DNA from: Octopus bimaculoides
Lineage: Eukaryota
Direction of reading: 5' to 3'
Assembly (NCBI RefSeq): GCF_001194135.2
Contig: NC_068990.1
Span: forward strand, 36,532,022 to 36,571,119
DNA length: 39,098 bases
Position 1 is the stretch's first letter. Every line of letters starts with the position of its first letter. Under the pieces are notes generated by a model. The model saw nothing but the letters and a program-made list of their open reading frames with translations, was not told the origin of the DNA and did no database searches. Of this stretch, positions 1 through 9,949 are shown in pieces. A program made the translations under genes and the position numbers.

Positions 1-240
1 GGGTGGCACATAAAAGACACCATTTCGAGCGTGGCCGTTTTCGTGTGGGTGACACGTAAAAGCACCCACTACACTCTCTGAGTGGTTGGCGTTAGGAAGG
101 GCATCCAGCTGTAGAAACTCTGCCAAATTAGATTGGAGCCTGGTGTTGCCATCCGGTTTCACCAGTCCTCAGTCAAATCGTCCAACCCATGCTAGCATGT
201 AAAGCGGACGTTAAACGACGATGATGATGATGATGATGAT
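1..240 (+). mobile_element. 3' end of RTE-type non-LTR retroelement/SINE with (GAT)n tail (cut by window start)
   Basis: Motifs ggcgttaggaagggcatccagctgtagaaa and ccaacccatgctagcatg...ggacgttaaa followed by (gat)n; close homologue at 17951-18235. RTE clade assignment is from recall. Confidence 0.8.
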
Positions 241-823
241 ACATGTGTGTGTATGTGTGTGCATGTGTGAATGTGTATGTATGTGTACATATTAGCCAGG
301 ATGGACAATTTAATCTTGTGGCTGATGTCTGGGAATTAAGCAAATGAATGCTTGCCTAGTGAAGTGTTAGCTTTAAAATTCCTATTTCAGGAGGTGTAAA
401 AGTAGATTGATATTCCAAGTTTCATAGGATTGGTGGCCCCAATCTAGGATCCAGTGGTGAAGCTTGTTGTTACTAGGCATTGCTATATATCATGAAAACC
501 TGAAATGTAGGTATCAAATGATTTCAAAACATCACTATTTAATTTGCCTTCATTATTACAACTATATATATATTAATCAAAGTGTACGGTATATATATCC
601 ATTATGGCCAATCTTACCACACAGTTTCACACTAGATGTTTGATGGAATGTTATGTAACAATCCAATTATGTAACTCTGTGCTCTTCAGAGATGGCAGTT
701 ATGGAATGAAATATGGTGACTGCTCTCTGTTGCTGAAGGTGAACAAACACATCTAGTGTGTGGTTGCTGTGAGAAAGATGATGAAATGAACCAAGCAAGG
801 ATTAAGTTAAAAGTTATGTCCTT

Positions 824-825
<2 letters not shown>

Positions 826-859
<34 letters not shown>

Positions 860-898
860 TGATATATCTATATGTATGTATGTATCTTTGTATGTATG

Positions 899-930
<32 letters not shown>

Positions 931-972
931 AATGTATGAATGTATGTATGAATGTATGTATGTATGTATGTT

Positions 973-1012
<40 letters not shown>
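826..1012. repeat. Compound microsatellite (TA)n-(TATG)n-(TG)n
   Basis: Directly visible; abuts a SINE 3' half. Confidence 0.95.
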
Positions 1013-1195
1013 TGACTGTGTTTGTTCTCCACCACTGCTGGACAACTGGTGTTAGTGTGTCTACAACACTGCAACTTAGCAGTTTGGCAAAAAGTTATTG
1101 ACAAGGTAAAGGGGGTGATTCATTCAACTAAAAGTTCTTCAAGGTGGTGCCTCAGCATGGCCGCAATCTAATGGCCAAAACAAATAAAAAATGAA
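1013..1195 (+). mobile_element. 3' half of CORE-like tRNA-derived SINE
   Basis: tgtttgttctccaccactgctggacaactgg...aacttagcagtttggcaaaa...aaggtggtgcctcagcatggccgca aligns with the 3' halves of copies at 2066-2458 and 7237-7626. Confidence 0.85.
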
Positions 1196-1274
1196 ATATA
1201 TGCACCAATACCAAGTACGTTGTTTGAGCAGAAATACAAACACATACAGCCACACCATTAACCACACAGACAAA

Positions 1275-1660
1275 GAAACAACCTATATACAGCAGCCAAT
1301 GAAAATCCTTCATACAAAACAAACTTTCCACCAATGATACACATCATATTGTTCCTCACACACAAACATACAGAAAACTTTCAACAAACACTTAGCATCA
1401 AACTGTTTGAATGAACTCACATACGCAGGAACACACAAAAACTACATTAGTCAATGAAAACAAACGCCTTAAAAATCAAATAATCCATCATTGAAACACA
1501 TCATGCAATTCCAATGCTCCTACAAGCATATGCACATATACACATGCAGACATATACACAAGCGACATTATCTACACAAATGCAAACAAATACAGAAACC
1601 CTACATATACAACAGACAATGAAAATGTAGGACTTATAAACCAAATAAATCTTCACTGAA
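1275..1660. repeat. Degenerate ~160-bp tandem triplet
   Basis: caatgaaaa at 1297, 1452 and 1617; copies 1 and 3 share the preceding c(c)ta(ca)tataca(g/a)cag, and all three are followed by similar caaa-rich segments. Confidence 0.45.
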
Positions 1661-1928
1661 ATACAACAGTAGCCTTTCATTCTTTTTCAATATATGAAGG
1701 TGAAGTAATAAAACTTACATTAATTTACCTGAAGAGCCACATTATATTGAAACTAATTGTTGTACTGAAAAGATGGAATATCCAATATCAATAAAATATA
1801 TGCTGTACTCTGAAAATTAGCACAGCGTTTTATTTTGCTTAATATTACTTTTAATTCATGTGTGTCTCTGTGTGTGAGTCTATGTGTGGACATATTTGTA
1901 TGTATTCATATATNNNNNNNNNNNNNNN

Positions 1929-1969
<41 letters not shown>

Positions 1970-2065
1970 TTATATATTTATATATATATGTATATAAATG
2001 TATAATGCATGTATACATACACATTTAAACATTCGCGCATTCATACATACATACAAATATACATA

Positions 2066-2458
2066 GGTGCAGGTGTGGCTGTGTGGTACGAAACATGCTT
2101 TCCAACTTTCCAACCACATGGTTCCAGATTCAGTCTCACTGTGTCGGTGGCACCTTGGGCAAGTGTCTTCTGTTATGGCCTCGGGCCAACCAAAGCCTTG
2201 TGTGTGGATTCGGTAAATGGAAACTGAAAAAAGCCTGTCGTATATATGTATATCTATGTATATTTTTGTATGTCTGTGTTTGTCCCCCCCCGGTGTTCGT
2301 GTGTATATGTCCCCCTAACTTAGAGGTTCGGCAAAAAGAGACTGACAGAATAAGTACTGGGCTTACAAAGAGTAAGTCTAGGGGTTGATTTGTTCGACTA
2401 AAGGTGATGTTCCAGCATTGCCGCAGTCAAATGACCGAAACAAGTAAAAGAAAAGAAT
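2066..2458 (+). mobile_element. Full-length CORE-like tRNA-derived SINE with internal microsatellite
   Basis: A-box-like tggctgtgtgg, B-box-like ggttccagattcagtc, CORE-like gcaccttgggcaagtgtcttc, internal (TA/TG)n, 3' end gaaacaagtaaaagaaaaga; many homologues in the window. Confidence 0.92.
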
Positions 2459-2521
2459 ATATATATTTATATATATATATATATATATCTACACACGCAC
2501 ACACATACACAGAGAAAGAGA

Positions 2522-2558
<37 letters not shown>

Positions 2559-2662
2559 AGAGAGAGAGAGAGAGAGAGAGATAGATATCCTTATCAGCAT
2601 TAGCATCATCATCACTTAATTTCCATTTTGCATGCTAGTATGAGTTGGATGGNNNNNNNNNN

Positions 2663-2766
2663 AGTAAGTCTAGGGGTTGATTTGTTCGACTAAAGGTGAT
2701 GTTCCAGCATTGCCGCAGTCAAATGACCGAAACAAGTAAAAGAAAAGAATATATATATTTATATAT
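2663..2766 (+). other. Exact 104-bp duplicate of 2371-2474 immediately after a 10-N gap (probable assembly/haplotype artefact)
   Basis: Base-for-base identity at offset 292. Confidence 0.85.
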
Positions 2767-2960
2767 GGGAGAATTTACGAAAAAAACAACAACAGACAAG
2801 GACAAGTCGTGTAAACAACAAAAGGATGTATTAGTTTAACACTCGAGGATAGAGAAAGTCTGTAACGGTTCGAGCTACGCTCTTCAACAGAAAGAAATAA
2901 GGAGAAAAACACAGAGTAAAACAAGAAAAAAAAAAAATTTTAATGTCGTGGTCAGCGATC
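2767..2960 (-). mobile_element. Penelope-like element terminal (pLTR) fragment
   Basis: gggagaatttacgaaaaaaacaacaacagac...cggttcgagctacgctcttcaacagaaag resembles Penelope-type terminal repeats with the acgtttcgagc...gctcttc signature (recall). Confidence 0.6.
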
Positions 2961-3004
2961 TACACATATATATTATGAAGAAAAGCATCCAGTGTACTCT
3001 GTAA

Positions 3005-3152
3005 TGTGTTGGCTTTAGGAAAGGCAACCAGCTATAGACACTATGTCAGAGCTGCCAGTGGAGCTTGATACTGCAGCCCACTGGATCCTGTCAGACCGTT
3101 TAACCCTTGCCAACATGGAAAACAGAATTTAAGTGATGATGATGATGATGAT
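3005..3152 (+). mobile_element. Degenerate RTE-type 3' tail with (GAT)n
   Basis: ttggctttaggaaaggcaaccagctataga...aacccttgccaacatggaaa...(gat)n; homologous to 1-240. Confidence 0.75.
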
Positions 3153-3313
3153 ACCCACTCAAATACACACAAGTATGTGTGTGTATTTTAATGAGAAAGA
3201 CTGGTTTTGGGGATTACTCTGAGTTTCCCGTCCATTAAAGGTTTAGCTCTATAGCATATCATCTGACCCCAAAACTTGTTGGCTTGCCCAATAGGTTTGG
3301 GGATCTGATGATA

Positions 3314-3619
3314 CACTGTATAGCACCTTGGGCAAGGTTCTTCTACCATAGACTTCAGCTGAACAAAGCCTTGTGAGTGGATTTGGTAGAGGGAAACTGT
3401 AAGAAGACTGAAGCCTGTCGTATATATATATATATATATATATATGTGCGTGTGTGCATGTGTTTGTCCCCCTACCATTGCTTGATGACCAATGTTTGTG
3501 TGTTTACGTCCCCATGACTTGGGAGTTCAGCAAAACGGATTGATAGAATAAGTACTGGGTTTACAAAGAATAAGTCCTGGGGTTGATTTGTTCAACTAAA
3601 GGTGGTGCTCCAGCTTGGC
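3314..3619 (+). mobile_element. 5'-truncated CORE-like SINE
   Basis: Starts at cactgtatagcaccttgggcaagg, has the internal (TA/TG)n, ends at ggtggtgctccagcttggc. Confidence 0.88.
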
Positions 3620-3734
3620 TGAAGGCTTTGGTGAGCCCATGGCTATAATAGAAGATACTTGCTCAAGGTGCCACACAGTAGGACTGAACCCAGAACCATG
3701 TGGTTGGGAAACAAGTTTCTTACCAAACAGCCAT
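3620..3734 (-). mobile_element. 5' head of CORE-like SINE, inverted and abutting the previous copy
   Basis: Reverse complement reads atggctgtttggtaagaaacttg...aaccacatggttctgggttcagtcctactgtgtggcaccttgagcaag. Confidence 0.88.
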
Positions 3735-3766
3735 ATATATATATATGGATCAAGTTTCTGAATCTT

Positions 3767-4103
3767 ACTCATCAAGTAAAGGTGAGACAATGGTATCAGG
3801 AGAGCATTCTATCTGCTGGGTCAGTTCTCTAGTGGATTGATGTAGTTTCTCATGGATCAGCTTGTTCAATTGATCTCTTTGAACAGTATGGGTTGATTGA
3901 AATGTGGAGAGTTGGTGAAGTCAAATTTCCCCTCCTAGAAGCAGCTAAGCTATTTCTGCGCAGTTCTTTCAGCAATAGCTCTATCTTCATATACAGCACA
4001 AATGTCTCAAGTGGCTTGTAGCAGATTTGGAACCTTGATCGAAAGGGGAAAGAAACAGGAGTCAAAAATGCTCACATTTTTCTACCTGGCAGTCCACCAT
4101 CAT
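3767..4103 (-). pseudogene. Mariner (Tc1/mariner) transposase N-terminal HTH region, degraded
   Basis: Manual minus-strand translation across frameshifts: MMVDCQVEKCEHF*LLFLSPFDQGSK / DICAVYEDRAIAERTAQK*LSCF*EGKFDF / DQLNKLIHEKLHQSTRELTQQIECSPDTIV. Matches the mariner pattern ICAVYG..A..ERT.Q.WF..F..G.FDL...L..LI.E.P..STRELA. Multiple stops and frameshifts. Confidence 0.88.
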
Positions 4104-4789
4104 GTGTTAGAAAAGAGGAAAAAATTTATTCAGAATTGAAAAAGATAAACAAAAGTTGTGGAAGAAGGACTAAGCACAGAGCTACAAAAAAAAACAAAAA
4201 ACAAAAAACACAAAAAAAACAAAAGCAAAAAAAAAAAAGAAAACAAAAGGAAACTAACTAACTACAATGCTTTATGATAAAAATATTTTCCATGCTAATT
4301 CAAATAACACTGGAAAGAAACAATCAAATTTATCTGACAAACCAATAAATACTTACAAACACACGCAAGGAGTTGCATCTTTAAAGACATATTATATTGA
4401 AAACTTAACCAAATTCCAATATTGGTAATATCATCAACCTTATACTTTATAACCTACTATAGTAATTGTAACAAAGGTTTTCCAGGATTCTACAATCACC
4501 AATAGAGCCATTTGTATCACATTTCCTGGCTAAGGTACATATATTCTTGATATTTAAGCTGAAGTGTGACAAGAGATGTTATTACTGTATTCTGCCGAGA
4601 GGATATTGCCACATATCATGATACTAAGCTAGTAACAGATATCTCAAATCAGTGGTAGTTGCAGGTCAACCAGCACTCTCATTGTTGTATTCAACTCTCT
4701 GGAATGAATTGCTTGCTCAATGGTGAGTGAATTTGAGGTACAATCTCATGTACTAATCAGGGACATCTTGTAGTAGTTTGTAGAGATCT

Positions 4790-5280
4790 ACCATCACCAC
4801 CAGTGGCAGCAGCAGCAGCACCAAAACCACCACCACCACCACTGCCATTGCCACTGCTGCTACTGATGTTCCTCCCCCTCTGCCTCCTCCTATTCCTCCT
4901 CCTCCTCTTCTTCACTCTCCTACTCCTACGCATTCTACTCCTTCTCTTCCTCCTCCTCTCCACCCCATACTCTTACTCCTCCTCCTCCTCCTCCTCCTCC
5001 TCCTNNNNNNNNNNNNNNNNNNNNNNNNNNNNNNNNNNNNNNNNNNNNNNNNNNNNCCTCCCCTCCTCTCCTCCTCCTCCTACTCCTCATTCTATCCTTC
5101 TCCTCCCTCCCCCCTCATACTACTACTGCCACTGCTACTTCTACTAACCACCATAACCACTCCCACTACAACTACAATGACTGATACTGCTGCTGCTGCT
5201 GCACCAGCTATTGCTTCTACTACCACCCCACCACAACCTCCTCCTCCACCACCACCGCTACTATTACTGCCTATCATGCA
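4790..5280. repeat. Compound trinucleotide low-complexity tract (CAG/CAC/CCT/CTA) spanning a gap
   Basis: Directly visible; N-gap at 5005-5056. Confidence 0.9.
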
Positions 5281-5831
5281 CATAAGAAACTGATAGGACA
5301 GTCATGGATGGAATGTCTTTGATCATGGATACGCTCAGTCAGGCCTAGCCTGAGGCTGGAAAGCAAACAGCAATAACAGCAGGGACACCACCAGGAACAA
5401 CAACAAAAACAAAAACAAAAACAAGGCTAACACCACCACCACCACCACCACAACAACAACAAAATCAACTAGAACATTAATAAGAATACTTGTAACAATA
5501 ACAGCAACCATAATAACTGCACCATAAGAGATAACAATAACAACAACAACATCTGCAGGAATATCAAGAAAATATTTTGCAGTTAAAAACCAATTCAGAA
5601 AGTTAATATGACATTCACATCCAAGTAGAGGTTTGTTCTAAATTGCATAAATGCATTAACATGCATTGTGTATTTGCATATGTGCATGCTCCAGAGAAGC
5701 ACGACAACACATACTAGTGTTATTGAACTGTTGCTGCACATTAACAAAACCTTCTCTTGGATTGAGGAAACAAACAAACAAAAAGAAATTCCGTAGATAT
5801 TAACAGTTGAGTGAAGCTAACTATGATTAAA

Positions 5832-5897
<66 letters not shown>

Positions 5898-6569
5898 NNN
5901 NNNNNNNNNNNNNNNNNNNNNNNNNNNNNNNNNNNNNNNNNNNNNNNNNNNNNNNNNNNNNNNNNNNNNNNNNNNNNNNNNNNNNNNNNNNNNNNNNNNN
6001 NNNNNNNNNNNNNNNNNNNNNNNNNNNNNNNNNNNNNNNNNNNNNNNNNNNNNNNNNNNNNNNNNNNNNNNNNNNNNNNNNNNNNNNNNNNNNNNNNNNN
6101 NNNNNNNNNNNNNNNNNNNNNNNNNNNNNNNNNNNNNNNNNNNNNNNNNNNNNNNNNNNNNNNNNNNNNNNNNNNNNNNNNNNNNNNNNNNNNNNNNNNN
6201 NNNNNNNNNNNNNNNNNNNNNNNNNNNNNNNNNNNNNNNNNNNNNNNNNNNNNNNNNNNNNNNNNNNNNNNNNNNNNNNNNNNNNNNNNNNNNNNNNNNN
6301 NNNNNNNNNNNNNNNNNNNNNNNNNNNNNNNNNNNNNNNNNNNNNNNNNNNNNNNNNNNNNNNNNNNNNNNNNNNNNNNNNNNNNNNNNNNNNNNNNNNN
6401 NNNNNNNNNNNNNNNNNNNNNNNNNNNNNNNNNNNNNNNNNNNNNNNNNNNNNNNNNNNNNNNNNNNNNNNNNNNNNNNNNNNNNNNNNNNNNNNNNNNN
6501 NNNNNNNNNNNNNNNNNNNNNNNNNNNNNNNNNNNNNNNNNNNNNNNNNNNNNNNNNNNNNNNNNNNNN
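5898..6569. other. Assembly gap (672 N) after (TG)n
   Basis: N-run. Confidence 1.
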
Positions 6570-6789
6570 CATATATATATATATATACATATAGACACAT
6601 GTTTGTAACATTTCTTTATATCTATGAGGATGTTAAAACATCATTATCTGGTGTGAAATTCTCTTACATATCCCATTGAACATTGCACATGTGATAAAAA
6701 ATTATAATCATAAGGCTTTGTTTTCAGCTTTTATTGTTTTTCAATTTCAAACCAGAATTCATCCTCTCCACATCTCAAAGAAACACACT

Positions 6790-6838
<49 letters not shown>

Positions 6839-7035
6839 TAACTAACCAGCTAGCCAACCAGCCAGCCAGCCAGTAATATAGTCTTAAACTAATTCTGCAA
6901 CATTCTGCCAAGATAAACAAACTATAGAAATGTTGGTTTATCAAAGAAGTTCATAAAAAATCTGAAACTGCATTGTAATGTAGAAATCAATGTGAAACTA
7001 ACATATCCAATATTACTTTTTATTATTGATTAGTA

Positions 7036-7236
7036 GGAGCGAGTTGGCAGTATAGTTAGCACACTGGAAAAATATTTTACATCGTTTCATTCATCTTTGC
7101 ATTGTGAGTTCAAATTCCTCTGTGGCTGAGTTAGCATTTCATCTTTTGGGGTCGGAAAAATAAGTTACCAGTTGAGCACTGTGGTTGATGTAATCAACTA
7201 GCTCCCTCCCTCCAAGTGTCAGGCCTTTTGTCTGTA
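7036..7236 (+). mobile_element. tRNA-derived SINE, second family (conserved central tttcatc...ggggtcg...taagtaccag domain)
   Basis: A-box-like gagttggcagtatagttagc, B-box gagttcaaattcc, central catcttttggggtcggaaaaataagttaccag; homologues at 7658-7870 and 37280-37410. Confidence 0.8.
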
Positions 7237-7626
7237 GGCACAGGAGGGGCTGTGTGGTAAGTAACTTGCTTACCAACCACATAGTTCTGGGTTCAGTCCC
7301 ACTGTGTGGCACCTTGGGCAAGTGTCTTCTACTATAGCCTCAGGCCGACCAAAGCCTTGTGAGTGGATTTGGTAGACGGAAACTGAAAGAAGCCCATCAT
7401 ATATATATGTGTGTGTGTGTGTGTTTGTCCCCACCACCATCACTTGACAACTGATGCTGGCGTGTTTATGTCCCAATAACTTAGCAGTTCGGCAAAGTGA
7501 CCAATAGAATAAGTACTAGGCTTACAAAGAATAAGTCCTGGGGTCAAATTGTTCGACTAAAGGTTGTGCTCAAGCATGGCCGCAGTCAAATGACTGAAAC
7601 AAGTAAAAGAATAAAAGAAAAAAGAA
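7237..7626 (+). mobile_element. Full-length, well-preserved CORE-like SINE
   Basis: ggcacaggaggggctgtgtggtaag...gggttcagtccc...gcaccttgggcaagtgtcttc...(TA/TG)n...gcatggccgcagtcaaatgactgaaacaagtaaaagaataaaaga. Confidence 0.93.
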
Positions 7627-7657
7627 TATTGGAAACTTTTATTGATTAGCAGAAGAA

Positions 7658-7870
7658 AACTGGCAGAATTTTTGGTGCAGCAGGCAAAATACTTAGCAGC
7701 AATTTTCCAGTTCTTTATGGTCTGAGATCAGATACCACTGATGTAAACTGTCCTTTCATCATTATTTGGTCGATAAAATAAAGTACCAATCAAGAACAGG
7801 GGTTGATGTAATTGATTTACCCCTCCCCATAAAATTTCTGGCCTTGTGCCCAAATTTGAAGCCATTATTG
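7658..7870 (+). mobile_element. Degenerate second-family SINE
   Basis: cctttcatcattatttggtcgataaaataaagtaccaa...ggggttgatgtaattgattta...tggccttgtgcccaaatttgaa. Confidence 0.75.
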
Positions 7871-9509
7871 ATCGGCCAGCTCAGAGCAGTGCCTGTGGCG
7901 CTTTAAAGGGTGGGCCTCCAAAATTAGTGGATGGGAGAGGGAGGAAGGTATTCACAAACTGGATGCCTGGCCCTAATGTTTACAACAAAATAAGTTTCTT
8001 TCATGGCACCCAGGGACTAGGTGGTGTTCTCAAACAGCTAAGACTTAAGTTTGTTGCCCAGGTAGGACATAGCAAGATTTGAACATGGAATGCTAAGTCT
8101 TGGAACAAATATTGTAAGGCTTCCCATCTGAAGCTCTAATGATTCTGGTAATCAACTGTCATTAGATTAGGGCTTTGTTTGTCACCTTCGCACCACTGAT
8201 GAAAGGCATATAACTCACACTCATAGATATACTCCATGGCATACCACAGATGGGAATACAAATGCATATTTATGTATATGCTCCATAACAGGCAAGAGAC
8301 GTAAACACACATTAAGGGGTTTAATTAATGGCATGCCAGTGATGTGAACTCACATCAGTGCATTTACTCTATGGCATACCCTGATGTGACCACAAACTTA
8401 CAGATTTACTGCACCACACACAGGTTAACTCAAACCCACTGATGTTCACACATACCAAATATTTTAATTGAATTCCCAGCCAATCAGCACAGATATCAGT
8501 AATTTGTTTGTTGCTACATCCACAGATACACCTAATAACTGAACCCTATGCCACTGCTAAAGTTGGCAGTGATAACCCTCATAGCAACAAGCAGCCTTAC
8601 AACACAGTATTCTCTCACAGATTAAAAGCCTTGATAGACACTGAACAGCAGAGATACTTTTGCAACCAAGGAATCACCATCTTCAATGTTATTCCAGATA
8701 TGCTGTGGTTTACAGCACATAAGGAATGCCAAACACATTGCTATCAAGAAAACAAAGCATTCTACACATGCTGTCATCAAAAGAATAGAATAGATATCAA
8801 GTAATTCAAGAATTTTGATTTAATTGACCATTACCCCATTTATGTACACACTCTGTACACATGTAAGTCCACAGTTATTACATAAATACATGTTTGCCTC
8901 TTATATAAGCATGCAAACACAAATGCATGTACACATATCCACACACACATATACGCGCATGCACGCACGTGCACACATACACACACAACAAAACAAAACT
9001 GGAGTGTTCATTTATAAAATATCTACCTACATCATCTTATCCATATCTTATTAATTAAGAATGATTCTCATTTATATCATATGAATTATGTAATCCAATT
9101 TCATTGTCAAATCTTTAGAAATTCCTAACTCTCATTCATGATTTAGCATTCTTTGACACCAAAATTAAAACTCCTTTGCAACCACAATCCTGTATTTTTT
9201 CAGTTGGATCTGTGGCAGTCAAAGTAACTGCTAGCTTCAAGAAGAGAATATAAATTGCCTTTCTGTGTCTATTTTAGATAAAAGCAATGTGTGTCTATAT
9301 GTTATGTATTTCATTTACTAAACTAGTTGAATCTATATTTTACTATACTTCCAATTAAAAAATTTGCTGTATCAATCATTCACTTGGATTTGGTGATTCA
9401 ATTGACAGTAAGATTTCCTTACAATCTGTGGTCTTCTGCCAAAATCAGTATAAAGAAAATACACAGATTTGAACTGACTTGATTGAATTTAATACCCCTT
9501 TAATATTAC

Positions 9510-9770
9510 ATGGCCTAGTCATTAGGATGAGGTACTCACGATACCAAGATCAAGGTTTCAATTCTTGGGTTAGATGATGCATTATGTTCTTGATCAAGAT
9601 ATTTCATTTCATGCTGCTACATCTACTCAGCTGGGATTTAGTGACTCTGCAATGAATTAGAGTCCTGTTCAAAGGGTATGTTGTGATCTCAGCCACTCAC
9701 CATAAAAACTGGTTAACCAACTCTATGAGCCCTAAGACACAAGATACTACTTACTTACTACTTACTATCT
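9510..9770 (+). mobile_element. Old degenerate tRNA-derived SINE
   Basis: atggcctagtcattagg (A-box-like), ggtttcaattc (B-box-like), tgttcttgatcaagatatttcatttc...actcagctg similar to 16103-16432; ctactt-type tail. Confidence 0.6.
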
Positions 9771-9949
9771 CAAGGAAAAGGTAGGAAAATTTATAGTAAT
9801 TCTTAATATGCTCTTGGATCAATTCCAAAGACCTTATTACTTTGGAATTCAAAAAATGAGACTGGTTGAGTTTGACTAAACCACTGACTTAAACTAAGGG
9901 ACTAAGGGAAAAGGGTAGTTGGGAGAAGAGGGGAGGAAGGATGTGATGT

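Noticed and set aside
8508-8804. 98-aa ORF with a faint resemblance (RYFCNQGITIFNVIPD) to CR1/L2 RT C-termini
   Set aside because: Non-ATG start and similarity too weak to call by eye; needs BLASTx.
9821-9849. Short perfect inverted repeats (aattccaaag/ctttggaatt; also 8340-8357, 26128-26151 and the imperfect 21712-21750)
   Set aside because: Stems of 8-10 bp are expected by chance in 39 kb of AT-rich DNA.
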